This document shows positions 1 through 13,364 of a stretch of 64,000 bases of DNA, piece by piece; the stretch's first letter is position 1, and every line of letters begins with the position of its first letter. Where the stretch lies: contig OZ024755.1 of assembly GCA_964016885.1 (NCBI GenBank), forward strand, positions 29,078,001-29,142,000, given 5' to 3'. The notes beneath the pieces were generated by a model, which saw only the letters and a program-made list of their open reading frames with translations, ran no database searches and was not told the DNA's origin. Source of the DNA: Eledone cirrhosa. Taxonomy: Eukaryota. A program made the position numbers and the translations under genes.

Positions 1-242
1 AATTACCCAGATACGTGACGCAATCTTTGAACCTTAGTCACTTCTGTTGCTTACTGCCTAAGACCACACAAGAAGTGGGGTGGGAAGAATACATTCTTGC
101 TATGGAAAACATATTTTTGCTATGAAAAAAATCAAGATACTAATATTCTTTTTAGAAAAGCCGCTTTTTAGAATTTCCAGCTGCCATATACGGAAAATTA
201 TCTTAATAAAATTATTGTTATATTTTGGGTGGAAGTCTCTCG

Positions 243-312
243 TGACGCTAAACTCCGCCAGTTGCAGAGTGTGCATCAACATATGATATCGCTCTCCACA
301 ACGTTCGATCAC
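243..312 (-). mobile_element. RTE-type LINE 3' end fragment
   Basis: Similar to the RTE 3' end at 51915-51985 (tgacgct..aactcc.ccagttgca...ctccaca..gttcgatcac). Confidence 0.5.
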
Positions 313-1329
313 AGAAAATCGAGAACTTCTATTGTCATATCATTTTTTCTAAAGTTGATATTTATATACCAACACGTTAGGTTGGAATAACCGTCTTTCC
401 CATTTGATGTCCCTTTTTATATGTTAGAAAACATTGAGAATTGACATATTTTACCAAATTTATACGTTATGTAAAATGTATTTGGTTTTCGAAAAAGTTA
501 CAAACCCCATGGCTTTAGTACAAAGTGGAATATGAGTTTTCAGCCTATTTGAAGTCTTCTATGTTATGAATAGTTTGGTGAGTTACAACATATGGAGTAG
601 ATAATGAAACAGGAAAAGACAACTGCATCAAAATAGTAGATGTCGAATACAATTTCCGAACTCAGATACTTAGATGTTGCTGCAGAAGCCATAGAGAAAG
701 GGATGCAACATATCTGTGATACAGTAGTACTACTGGGTGCTAATGAATGAAAATGTATCTAATAACAATTTCTTCTTTCAATGAACTCTAGTATGTGTGT
801 GTAATTAGCAGCAGTCTCCTCGAATATATATAAACAGACTCCAATGTTGATTGTATAATATAATTTAAGAATGTGATATAGACTGGAGTGTGTTCTGTTA
901 CTGAAGTTGAAACTTATAGTTGTCGTAATGGTACCTGCACTAGGTCGCATGGAGAGATCACACTTTGTCAGACACCTCAGTGGTAGAACTTAGAGAACTT
1001 AATTGTGCTTTATCTTCAATAGTTACTTAAGGATAAGACAGCCACGTTTATTCAATATCTGCACTGGCTATGTCACTGTGATGTTATAGAAAGCTAAAAT
1101 TATGTTTTCAACATCCATGTTCCATAATGTAAAGGGACGTTCGTATGAGGTGCCAAGTATGGATTTAGGTATCACATGTTTTGCGAAGGTGTATGTGATT
1201 ACACCTGATATCCTCTGCGAAGAGGTGCGTGAAATAAGTAGTGAATGATTTGTTTAGTACCAAAAATCAAGTTACTGATCACGGTAGGAATTTAATATAG
1301 AACTTTTTGAAAATTCGATTTTGCCGGAC

Positions 1330-2050
1330 ATTCTAGGTGACGATCTGCTTGCTATATTCATGCTTATATCTTATAGGCTGGACAGATTTCTGCAGTTTTT
1401 AACCACCATCTTTGAACATTTCAAATGGGATGCCATTTTTGTCACATACTTTATTGGATGGCAGTTGTTTGATAGCAACTTGTGCGTCATTCAATCTTTA
1501 TTGAATGATAATTCCGGTATCACCAGCCTTTATGGGATAGATGATATTGCATCTGCATCTACTCAGCATTTAGGACCGTTTCAAAGTGTTCCTTCCTTCG
1601 ACAAGATATCTCAGCTTTGTCTGTGTAAAGAACTGTTCCATCAGAGAGTAGAACTGGATTTGACCTGATCTTCCCCGGACCATCGGACCATTATAAAAAG
1701 CCCTTGAGTCCTTTTTATCGGGAGTTTGTTTAATTGCAGCCCCGTCAGCTTCCAACTATCTTCATCTTTCTAAGTGAGGACTGTGGCCTACAATCTTTAT
1801 AGGCTTTCGTTTTACGTCTTGAGTTCTTTATCTCTATCCCGAAGCCTGTCTAGGTTATGCTTCTCACTGATAACGTTCTGGACATCTGGGTTGCTTTCGT
1901 CATACCTGTCCTGGTGTTTTCTCATAGGAAATCCTGAGATTTCTACGTAGGCAACATAGTTATAATCTTTCAGCGCTTTCCTGGAAGCCTTAATCTCATC
2001 AAAAATCTGGAGGGAGTCGACGGATAAGTTGAGTTTTGCAGAAAGTTCCA
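1330..2050 (-). pseudogene. Degraded RTE/BovB-like LINE, endonuclease-RT linker and RT N-terminus
   Basis: Minus-strand peptides RKHQDRYDESNPDVQNVISEK and VAIKQLPSNK..KNGIPFEMFKDGG match RTE motifs (RKHQDWFDEN; AIKQL..GK.PG.DGIP.E.FK.GG); stops and frameshifts. Confidence 0.75.
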
Positions 2051-2732
2051 CCCTCCTCTATATATAAGTCAGATTGGATGTGATGTGTTTTTTGTCTGTT
2101 TACATGTACGCATCTTAGCGTATGTTTCCGTGAAATCAAATTATAGTAAATTAAAAGTTACATAGGAAATTGGTAAAGTCTTTCAGGAGTTGTAATTGCT
2201 TCTTTTACATTGATCTCAAGTCTCGTACATAAATGATATTAAAATTCATATCATCTAATTTATAAACAGATTTATTCACCTATAAAGTCACACTGGTCTA
2301 CGTTATTAAAATGTCAATATAATTATATATCTGTGATGGTGGAATCCTGAACAGAGAATAATACAAATATATACTTCCTGGGCTCCCACTGTTTATGAAA
2401 GCCTATTGTTTGTGTATAATCGTATTGGAGTCATCGCTTCAAGTCAAATAACACCTACAATCACATCAATAACGCTGATTTAAAATTACAAAATCATCAT
2501 TAATTTTACAGCGTTGTTCGTATTTAAATATATTTGCGTTAACTGATGTTAAATTAGTGTAATTACGTTATAACAAAAGATCTTCAAGATTCAACATGAA
2601 TCAACTAATGCAATTTAGATTCGTAAAAGTTCAAGGGAAATACTCAAAAACAAATTATGGATATCTAAAGAAAGAGACATTTATGTAACTATATCTCTCA
2701 CTACAGACTGATCCTGAGTTCGAACCAGTCGA

Positions 2733-2777
<45 letters not shown>

Positions 2778-2814
2778 CAACAAAGAACGCTTAGAGCATA
2801 GGTATATCTTTACT

Positions 2815-2860
2815 TGCTAACAGTGTTTCGTCCACACTATAAGTGGGACTCATCAGAGCA
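2815..2860 (-). ncRNA. Minimal type I hammerhead ribozyme (family G-like)
   Basis: Minus strand: tgct CTGATGA gtcc-cacttatagtgt-ggac GAAA c act g TT agca; short tail then (TA)n. Confidence 0.8.
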
Positions 2861-3016
2861 TAAAGAGTGATTACATATTACACAAGCAATAACAAAGCCA
2901 AGACAGAAGAATATATATGGGGATGCCATAAGTTGGGGGGAGTTTAAAGAGTAGAGTAAATAGAGCGTAGAAAATAAATAAACAATCCTCTCCCTTATAT
3001 ACTATATATATATATA

Positions 3017-3181
3017 CGTTATTCCGGGTTGAATCGGAGGTAACCACAGTAAGTAAGGTACTCAATACATTGCAGAGTATAACAGTTTTAATATAGATGA
3101 GATTCTACAGGACTAGATTCCTGATGATTTCTAAAGAATGAAACAGTTCTAGTCCTGTAGAATCTCATCTATATTAAAACT
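3017..3181. mobile_element. PLE-like fold-back insertion, family A, in (TA)n
   Basis: Inverted arms ~3085-3117 / 3149-3181; same family at 57811-58004; (TA)n on both sides. Confidence 0.8.
3115..3165 (+). ncRNA. Type I hammerhead ribozyme (family A)
   Basis: agattc CTGATGA t-ttc-taaa-gaa-t GAAA cag-ttctagtc-ctg TA gaatct; stems I-III pair; GUA site. Confidence 0.85.
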
Positions 3182-3273
3182 TATATATATATATATATAA
3201 GTGAAAAGCACTTATGCATATTTAAAGATTATATCTTTAATACAACAGAATCAAGTGGATATTAATTTTGCTA

Positions 3274-3316
3274 AATACTACCGGTTTCGATTGATATATC
3301 AATCTTATCAAATATT
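3274..3316 (-). ncRNA. Degenerate minimal hammerhead motif
   Basis: aatat TTGATAA gattga-tata-tcaatc GAAA ccgg TA gtatt; two core substitutions; palindromic ACCGGT stem III. Confidence 0.6.
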
Positions 3317-3469
3317 AAAATGTGTATTCTCATATTCTGTGAGTTGTTAGAACACATGCTATGTATAATAGATAATGTTTCAGAAGATGCTGAGAATGGC
3401 TCTCAACATTTCTTGGAACAGAAGCTGACAAATAAGGAACTATACAGATCACTACCACCAGTCTCAAAA

Positions 3470-3720
3470 AGAGTAGCCTGCTGACGAATGAAACTGGCTG
3501 GGAAGTGGATCCGTCATCCAGAAGAGACAGCATCACAACTTGTGCTCTGGAAACTGGCGGTCGGACGAAGAAGCGTGGGAAGACAGGCCGTCTCATTCAT
3601 TGATACCCTGCTGAGAGATGCCAACATTGATAACATCGATGAACTGAGAAATGTCATGTTCGACCGAGACGATTGGAGAAGGCGTGCTGAATCTTTGCGG
3701 GTGTAAACTCGGCCGACAGA
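3470..3720 (+). pseudogene. RTE-clade LINE RT C-terminus / 3' end
   Basis: MKLAGKWIRHPEETASQLVLWK...GRRSVGRQAVSFIDTL...MFDRDDWRRR, typical RTE C-terminal motif. Confidence 0.8.
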
Positions 3721-6326
3721 AGTTTTGTTTCACATGGTTTAACGTGCTTAGTTTTTACAATGTAGAGTTGTGTGGCATAGTCAATGTGATGTGTGAGTTT
3801 CTCGATAATTGTATGATTCGTTTTGTATTATACATATACTTTTACTGTATATATTTCGTTTTGCTGGCTAGTCTAATTAAATACGATGTCTATATTAATT
3901 TAATATCTTGAATATTTTTAATTGGATGACACGAGCTGGACCAAAATATTTCCTCTGATTATTGATTGTTACAGCTTCCATTGTAAATGAATCTCTGTAC
4001 AGAGCTGGAGTGTAATTACTAGACTTATATAAAACCCTGAGTGGACAGATTATGAGTTTAATATCAGTCTGCAATAAAGCTTTTAATTCAGCACTTTTAA
4101 ATGTCATATGTTAACGTTGTAACCAGAGAAACATTCATACTAAAATATGCATATATTTTTTTTCTCTTGCTTGTGTCTGTTATATAAGTTATTTCATCAC
4201 CATAACAAGTTATACAACTTACACTTTTCCTTAAGCATCTGTATCACAACTAAAACCCGTTACAAATTATTCCTATATATCCGTAACATTTATGCTCCAG
4301 TTGACCAAACATCTACTTTCATAATAAAACTACATCAATTCGCAACTTCCTTCCTCAAATAGAAACGAATTCTTTCGCAAGATATAGCTTCGCACGAGTA
4401 AAAACTACCGAAAAACTGGTTCCAGAAGCTACATCACGCATGAAATATTACTGTTTTTCACCAATAGAAGGGTGGAACTTTACGAATGCCAGTGGAGGAG
4501 ATACAAGAGCATAACAATATGGTAGGTGGTTACGGAACTGGGTAATCTGATGGATATCCATTTCAATAAATTCATATATATGTTACTCGTATACTATTTT
4601 GTTCTTAAGGATTAAATCATTTTTATCAGAATATTTAGCGATCTCTCCAGAGAAGTTTCCAATTCGAATTCTGTCTCTAGATGAGAATTTTTCCATTTAT
4701 ACTTTACAACTTAACAAGCTGGTCCACACAATAGGACAATATTTATGTGTAGGCAAAAGTATGACTTCAATGTAATATCCAGACTAATTGGCAAATATTT
4801 GCAAGAATTAATTGCTTATCAATTGAAAAAGTTCTGATTCCATTTCCAATCTCGTTTAAATATACTGCATATGTTGCAGCTGTTCTAGTTAATTACTTGC
4901 TGCATTCGTATCTCCTTCCCTCTCATGTTACTATTTATCGTACGGATTTCTGTACCAAAACACCATTCCACAAAAATCAGGTATCTAAAATATCTACTTC
5001 CCTGTAATTTCCCCCCCACATTTCAATGAGCGAAATCATGTCATAGTGTATATTTCATTCGGCTAACAGAGCTAAGATTAATCTCGCTCAGCATTTCTAT
5101 AATTAGGGAACATCGACTAAAACTTCAGTGTGACTAAATCTCTGTGACTAATTATTTTTAGACCCATGGTTTAACAGAAGCACATGCACTTTAAATTTGT
5201 TTAACAAGGAACATCAGCATGAGACATCGGATCATATCTCTCGTACTTCTAATAATATATCAAAAGGAAATGCATACACATGCGAAATTTTAATCTGAAC
5301 TCTATACACTTTGATAGATCTGAAAACTCTTCAAGCGTAAAAAGCAGTTCTTATTTTTCTTTGGAAAAAAATGTAAGAGTTTACGTTGACTTAATTAATA
5401 CTTCCACACACAGGGATATATCCTCACATGTTGCTGTTATCCACATGTATAATCCGTTTGGAGAAACGTAGCATGCAGTATCTACTACTTTGAAGCCTCG
5501 AGATATCAGGTGTTAAAAGAAAACATAAATAAATCAAATACTTAATTACTCGTGATTTTTCAGAGAAAACCTGTAGATATTTAAATGTATGCGGATAATT
5601 TCGTTACATCGTTACAAATATAACCAACAGTATGAATTTAAAAAGAAAAAATCATCAAAATGAATTACAGTATCGTGTAGAATGTTATTTACTGATCTAT
5701 CTATATAATGTTAACCTTAGACATAAGATACTTATTATTTACCGATGCAGTGGAAAGCCTGTGACAAAATATTGAAATAAACGATATTTTAAGTGTTTAT
5801 ATATATTTAGCTTCGTTTTTTTTTTTATCAAACTGTAGCGTTCTTTAAAATCATTACATTAATTGAGATAGGTATGCTAGAAATACAGAAATAAAATAAA
5901 CAGAATGACTGGTTGTCACCATAGTAATAATATATTACTTCCAATATTTCGAATTTTACATCTATTGTCAAGGGAAATCTGTAGGAGAAACCTCGAAGAA
6001 ATCGGAGATTGTCTTTCCTGAACGCTGTTAACTTTTACCTGCTATTGATCCAGGGTGTAAACACCTAGGATTTATTTGTTGTCTGTACAGATGTGAGGGC
6101 ATATATAAGAACGTATGTGTGGGTAACCATGTATATGGTGTATGTGTTTATGTGTAAATGTATTCGTAGGATTGTAAATATTCAAATGTGAGTAAATATC
6201 TAAGTACACATGTATGTATAAAATATTGCGCCGACACTCAGGAGTGTCACCTGTGTATGATTGAATCATGATACATCAGCCACTGTGATTTGTTTCTGTC
6301 CATTCTATTATTAACTGGAGACTCGC

Positions 6327-6720
6327 ATCATCATCATCATCATCATCATCATCTGGCGGCCTCAGCCGAAATGGACTCAACAATTGATCTCCACGTGGGT
6401 CTGTCGTTCATTGCCCTTGCCAAGTGCTGGATTTCAATACCAGAATCTCTGGAGATACCATCGGGATAGGAGAGCATGCGCCCCCCCCCCCCCTTTATTA
6501 GTGACTGCTTGTGATTTCCAAAGCACTAATGGGGACACAGCCTTATACGTGGCACGATGGCAGTGGCCAGCAAATCTTACTCTCCTTTTACGTATAACGA
6601 CAGATATGCGTGGGAGGCCGGCATATGTCTCTCTCAAAGGCAGATGTCGCCGGCTTATGTTCTGAAGGCGTTGAAGCCAGCAAGTGTAAGTACCATCAAG
6701 GTGCTTTTGTGGTTCTATTC
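6327..6720 (-). pseudogene. RTE-clade LINE 3' end with (GAT)n tail
   Basis: YAGLPRISVVIRKRRVRFAGHCHRA...PLVLWK; (cat)n at 6327-6352 is the minus-strand tail. Confidence 0.8.
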
Positions 6721-7793
6721 GAAGGCTTTCCTTGAACCACCAGGTGCCTATGCTACGTTTCTTGGCCTGAATGGCGGTGTTTATATTCTTATCCCTATTC
6801 GTGCACTTATTCTTGTGGACCGAGAAGTGTTTGTAGTGGGTGCCCTTGACTGTGTAAGTTAGGAGGGCTCGTAGATGATGAAGACATCAACTTCGATACA
6901 GGCATCATCTACGTAATTCAATATATTATATAATATTTAATAAATGTATTATATAATATTTAAAACAACGTCTATTTCGCTTTCTTCGATTTTTCTGTAT
7001 CCTCTATCGCCAGGATGAAATATATGTGAGTAAGGCTGTACATTTGATTAGTTCAGTAAAATACAGTAAATGACATTCACATTAATCTACCTCATAACTT
7101 TATAAACCGCCCCTAATCAAAATAATTAAATACCCTTCTCATGCTTTTGACTCATAATGTTACTTTTCCCCTTCAATCACCAGAGGTAAACGGAATTCTA
7201 GTCCTTCTTCTTCTTCAAGCCGTTAATATCGCCTTCCATTCAGTATTTAACTCTTCCTCAGTCGTCTTTCTCATAACCTTACATTGCTACTGCGATAAAA
7301 AAACATTCTCTCTTTTTTACCTCATATGTAAAAGCTTAACAGTTATGTGGATGTTTGTTGAGCTGAGTGTAAGTGGAGATATTGAATACATACGTCAAGA
7401 GCTTAGTGTGTTTAGCATCAATAAAATTGAGATAAGGAATGCAAGAGTGTGTTTTATTTACCAACGAAACCATTCTTTAATTTCATGATAACGTAAAAGG
7501 TTACAACAGATAAGAGGATTAGGATAAAGATATAGTATGGGTTGACGTCCAGCCGAAACCATGCCTAATCTGATTATAATTTATTTAAAATGAGATTTGA
7601 AATTTCGTTTAGCACGATTAAATTCTGTGTCACGGACTTGTCTACATTTCCAATGGTAACTGTTAAAAAACAGATTCTTCACCTCTGTGGAGAAGGAGGT
7701 TCAGAAAGGTCGTAGTTTGTAAATTTCTAAATTTCCCTTTTTCCTTGACTGTAAACCATGCATAGGAGAGTCACACATACAAATACAAATATT

Positions 7794-7852
<59 letters not shown>

Positions 7853-7855
<3 letters not shown>

Positions 7856-8060
7856 AAGAAAGAGAGAGAGAAAAGGAACAGGGGCTGTTTCGTCGCTGGA
7901 TAAAGTGTATTTATAAATAAGGGGCAATCACGAACGGGGGATAATTTCCCTTCATCAGTTCTCTGCTGGAGATCATGGACGTTTCTATGCATGTCCATGA
8001 TCTCCAGAAGAAAACTGATGAAGGCAAATTATCCCCAGTTCGTGCTTTCATCTTATTTAT
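7853..8060. repeat. TA-flanked fold-back insertion
   Basis: Imperfect inverted arms 7929-7980 / 7993-8044 with a 12-nt spacer; one arm has an extra tail running into (TA)n. Confidence 0.75.
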
Positions 8061-8877
8061 ATATATGTGCGTGTGTGTATGTGCGTGTGTGTGTGGTGGA
8101 CGATGTATTTGCGCGGAATCACTGATACTGCTACGTAAGAAGGATTGAGGGGTAGGTTAGACGTAGGGTGAGTGAGCTATAGGGAGCTGGAAGGAAGAAA
8201 TAAGAAAGACTAAGATACTTTAGTTCGTGATTAAAAAGTATTAACACGGTAAACTTTTCTCCGTTTTATGTTTTATTATACTTATACCTGTGTGAACGTT
8301 TGTTATAGTTGTACCTATATATTTTATGTGTTTGCAAGATTCTTATAGCTGGGCATATGGTTCAAATCATTGTTTCTGTGTGTATATTGTGTCAGGTCTA
8401 TTGGTGGTGTAACTTGGTGATTATTCCTGGAGGTTATGCTGATTATGTGTAGGTTCAATGCCAATTACGCATATATATATATACACACACCTCTTCCTGA
8501 ACATGCAACCCCGTTCTTCCCCCAACCCTTACTTTCACACACATACACACACACACACACACGCACACCTACACACACACACACCACCTTCAGCCCTCCA
8601 CGCTCGGACACCCCGTCTCCCTTTCCCCACTCCACCCGCCACCACCCCTACACACCCCTACACACCCTTCCACCACCTGTTTTACCCGCCTTTTAATTTC
8701 AGTTTATTTTGATCATGCCTTTATATTTAAATTTATCTCATTCCTTGTATTTTGATCATGCTTTATTTTTATTTTTATCTTTATTTTTTATTTTTTCATT
8801 CGCACCGTTTCCTTTCGCTATATGTCTCTCCACCACTCCCCTACACACCCTTTGAACTCTGTTCCCACACACTTCTC

Positions 8878-8909
8878 ACCTGAGGAAGGGCTTATGCCCG
8901 AAACGTCGT
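8878..8909 (+). ncRNA. Minimal Penelope-type hammerhead ribozyme
   Basis: ac CTGAGGA a gggc-ttat-gccc GAAA cg TC gt; ~90-nt tail then (TA)n at 9000. Confidence 0.8.
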
Positions 8910-8997
8910 CCCCCACCAACACCCCACTCTCCAGAGCGTGAAATTAATAAATATTCGTTGTACTGCCTCTCTGTTTTGTCCCTGCTCAATTTTTTCC

Positions 8998-9043
<46 letters not shown>

Positions 9044-9329
9044 ATAACATGATATCGTTTAAGGTAATCCGGCTAGAGGTTATGAGTACTCGGCTTCGAG
9101 GTTAATTTTAACGTATGGTGTTGTTTGACTCAAAAAGAAGTTTCCTTAGTCGGGTGGTCGGTTTAAGAAAGTTCCTAGGCAGGTGGTTCTTGGAGTAATA
9201 ATAGGAAAAGAATCAAGAATAACATCGGCGGCCGTACAATAGGATTTATTTACAGTATGTAATACCATATACCATATACAATGCTAAAAGTAAACTACAA
9301 ATTACATATATATATATATACATATATAT

Positions 9330-9934
9330 GGTGGCTGCCAACTCCTTTTCGAGTACGGCCACTATTTTATATCCATGTAGGAGAACACCTACCGATGCGC
9401 TGAACGAGTGTACCTTTTCAGTCCAGCCAGCGTCTTCAAAACTCTGATACAAACACTACACTTGTGACAATTATTGACACATAGTGCTGGGCCCATGGTA
9501 CCATGTGACGACAAGTGCAGAGAGATCTCCAGATATAAAGCAATGCCTGTGCCGTGAAGCTTTTATAGTGAGCAAAGGCACTGCACAAAGCCAGTCCCAC
9601 TCTCTTAACCAAGATGATATTTACCAAAAAGAAGAACAAGTCAATATCATTGGATACCATCAGAGTTGCAGGTGTTATAACAGAGTTTTCCTTCTCCTAG
9701 AATTCTGCCTTGACAAAGGCTAAGGGGTCATCTCTCCCGGTGATTTTGGATGGCCATTGACTCTTAAGAGCTCCCTTGCCCTTTGACAGGTTTTGTTTTT
9801 AGTCCTGCAGGATGTCCAAAGTCACCCTCCTCACCAAGAGACCTTGGTGGGGTTGCCAGTTTAGTCGCCAACGACCCGACCATGAAACAGGTTGTACTGG
9901 GATACATGTTACCAGTAGCACCAACTGGTGACCT

Positions 9935-9938
<4 letters not shown>
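9330..9938 (-). mobile_element. 609-bp non-coding TA-flanked element (family H), RTE 5'UTR-like
   Basis: Close, same-length inverted copy at 44929-45537; diverged copy ~39595-40010; aaggcagaattctaggagaaggaaaactctg resembles RTE 5' UTRs. Confidence 0.75.
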
Positions 9939-9990
<52 letters not shown>

Positions 9991-10200
9991 TGCATTGTAT
10001 ATGGTATAAAGAATTCAAAGTTTGAAAGCCACGGCAATGCGGATTGAAAGGAAAATAATCAAGTCGTAAGAAACGAGGGCTATTCATGACCTTAATGTAT
10101 TCAAATGTCCTGATATTTCGAGTTTAATATGTTTAATAAGATTGTTAACTGCACCAGTGATTCCCATAATGCAACAGAAGACAACTCTATTGTCTAATAA

Positions 10201-12164
10201 CACCGTGTAACATATTATTTTTTGTTCCCCGGTTCTAAGTGTCATTTCATGGTTTGTTATATCCCATTATTATTTTAAAAAAACACTATTATTTAATCAG
10301 GAGATTGGGTTTGTGGTCAGGAGTTTGATATTTCGAAATTTTCATATTTTTCAAGAAAATGTATCAGTTTATATCATTAAATCAACAGAGTATATATTTA
10401 TTTTATTACAGAAGCTTATCAAAAGCAAACAAGTAAAAACAAATAAAACTTATAAAGCAGCTTACACACGTCAGAAATGACTGGATTTCCTGGATTTGCG
10501 GTTGTAGTCCAAGTCGCATTCCCGCACTAGCCCCCAGATATAGTCCCCCATCATTTTGTCATTGTAGTGGCCCTGGTACTTCCGCTCTATCTCTTTCACG
10601 TCTTGGTAGAATCGTTCGCCATGTAGGCGCCCATATTGTCCTTGAATTTTTCCAGGTGAGCGTCCAACATATGGAGTTTAAGCGACATCCTGCATCCCAT
10701 GGCGCCAAAAGCCTTTATCAGATCCTGCACGAGTTTCTGGTAGTTTTCAGCTCTGTAGTTGCCCAGGAACCCCTTAACAACTGCCTTGAAACAGTTCCAA
10801 TCCTATTGAGCTTAGTGGAGAACTCGGTAGACTCAAACACCTTCTTTATCTGAGGTCCAACAAAAATTCCACCTTTGATTTTGGCCTCAGTTAACTTGGG
10901 GAAGAACTCAAGAAGGTACTTAAAAGCAGCTGATTCTTGGTTGAGAGCCTTCACAAACTGCTTCATCAACCCCAACTTAATGTGCAGTGGCGGCATGAAC
11001 ACAATCCTGGGATCAACCAGTGGCTCCCACATGACGTTCCAGGTCCCAACTACAAATTCTGTTCGCTACTTCCAGTTCTTTCTTTTGTAGTGGTCAATGG
11101 TGGCTCTGTTGTCCCAAAGGCAGAGGAAGCATTGGAATTTGATAAAGCCTCCTTGGAGTCCAAGCAGGAAAGCCACCATCTTGAAGTTTCCAATGATTTC
11201 CCAATTGTACTGGTTGTATTGCAGAGCTTCCAAGAGGACTTTCACACTGTAGTAATCTTCCTTCAGGCAGACTGAATGAGCAAGGGGCAGTGTCGGGAAC
11301 TTGTTTCCATTGTGGAGGAGGACAGCCTTCAAACTTGTGGTGGAGCTGTCTATAAATAGCCGCCACTCGTTGGGCACAAACGGCACCCCAATAACGTCAA
11401 ACAGTCCAGGCACGTCATGGCAGAAGCAGAGGCCATACCTAAGAGTGTAAAAGCCTGAGAAATGTTCGTGTCGACTTCTCTGACTTGTCACCTGCACGTC
11501 CTCCTTGACCAAGTTCCACTGCTTCATCCTGGAGACGAATAGCTCTGCATTGGACTTGGTCAGACCCATATCCCTGACCAAGTCATTGACTTCTTTTTGG
11601 TTTGGAAAGTGAGGAACTTGTTCTCGTACCTCCGACAGGTAATCCAAGTCCTCAGCATCCATCTCCTTCTCTTCATCAGAATACTTGTCTTGGAAAATAA
11701 ATTTGATTTGCAATACAAAATAAATATTGGAAAGGGAAATACATATTTAAATAATATAAAAGAACACTAATCATACTAATGAAAATTCGTGCTTAAAACA
11801 CAACTTACCCTTTATTCAGGGTGCGAAAATCCAATATCACTAAATCTCTTTAATCCACTTTTTAACAATTTTATACTTTATTGCACTTTTATAATTTTCT
11901 TTAAGTATTACTCTTTATTTTATAATTTTAATTTAACCTGAATCATATATTAAAAAAAATCATTTAACATAATCAAATTAAACTTACATACAACGTAAAA
12001 TTCAGCATACAAATAATTCTAGTGTATAGCTTAGAATTTTTACAAACCCAAACTTTTAACTGTTTAATAGCACTTTTTTTTAATTTATTTGGGGCCTAAG
12101 CAACACCAGAAAGTGATTACAAGCCAGCAGGAACAAAGAAAAAGAAATTCTTTGTTACACGGTG
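10201..12164 (-). mobile_element. Chapaev3-type (CMC) DNA transposon, internally deleted
   Basis: 12-bp perfect TIR caccgtgtaaca / tgttacacggtg, flanks taa/tag (TWA-like target), transposase inside. Confidence 0.85.
10471..11713 (-). pseudogene. Chapaev3-like transposase, frameshifted
   Basis: DLVRDMGLTKSNAELFVSRMKQWNL, WRLFIDSS..SLKAVLLHNGN, LLGLQGGFIKFQCFLCLWD, PPLHIKLGLMKQFVKAL, ERFYQD..IERKYQG...MMGDYIW spread over several frames. Confidence 0.9.
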
Positions 12165-12220
12165 TAGTTGGCGTTTTCGGCTAGCGTCGAGAAAACTAAC
12201 GGCTAAAAGATATCATAAAT

Positions 12221-12322
12221 GTTTCTACTTTTGGCACAAGGCGAGCAAATATTCCAGTGGTACTTTATTTTATCGACCCCGTAAGGATGAAAGGCAAAGT
12301 TAACTTCGGCGGGATTTGAACT
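12221..12322 (-). mobile_element. tRNA-derived SINE (main family), truncated
   Basis: tggtactttattttatcgaccccgtaaggatgaaaggcaaagttaac core shared with other copies. Confidence 0.8.
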
Positions 12323-13364
12323 AAAAGATAGATTTCATAATAACTGGGTTTTATGATTAGCGTCCAGAAAGCTAAGGGCTAAAAGATATCAGTCATGAAT
12401 AAAGATCTGTCTACAAAACACATATTTAGCGTTGTCTATTCTTGGTGTATATAGCGTCACATTGAAAGCTACACTAGCAACAGAAGTCTGTGATTATGTA
12501 ATAATTAATTATTACAAATTCCGTCGTCCGAGAGAGTGGAATAAAACATGAGCCAAGCTAGAAATTGTGTGAACCAGTTAACAACTTTGATATACCTCTG
12601 TCCGCTTCGGTAATGGAATGCTCTATCGTATTTTAAAATCTGCAGCAGCATCAACGATACATTTTTGTAGTAAAAACTAAATGTATTAACAGATTTTGGT
12701 AGTGACGTATACCAGCAATAACTGGTATTATAAATGGTCGACTGTTTTTTTTTATTTGAGGAATTTTATCTTCATAATCAAAATTTTAAAGGTACTTCAT
12801 CATGTCCATTGATATTGATGAGGTAATAAGACCCAAACACTGCTAACAAAAACACGAAAACCAAACAGGAATATTGCAGTTGCCCTGATATATCAAGAGA
12901 TTAATGATATAAAGCAACTAAAATAATTACTCTGGATTTCCATTTAAGTTTCCACACACGCTCCATGATACCAATTAATGCAGAACAACCTCCGCTAATA
13001 ATTATCTTCGAAATTCAATCAAGAAATATCCTATATTAATTATTAATGATGTTAAATGTTTCATGTCATATTTTAGTCATAGGAATTCTATAAACGGAGG
13101 TTTTTTCTTTCTGTTTTTCTTTAGAATATCTCAGAAACTTCTAATATAAAGAGCCGATGTAATGCACAAATGTTTTGATTGGTGTGCTTGTTATGTTTGC
13201 ATAAATTATATATTGTCTTGCGTGCTTCCTCGTGTATCCATTTGTTTTAATATATTTTCATTGCAGCGAAATTACATATACTAAATGTAAAATCTATTTT
13301 AAATCTACTTAGAAGATTACTGAACAAAAGAAATAAGTGTTGGCTGTCATGAAAGGAAATTGAC

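Noticed and set aside
470-1260. Possible decayed PLE GIY-YIG region (RRLQIG*KLIFHFVLKPWGL)
   Set aside because: Only scattered weak motif resemblance; needs tblastn.
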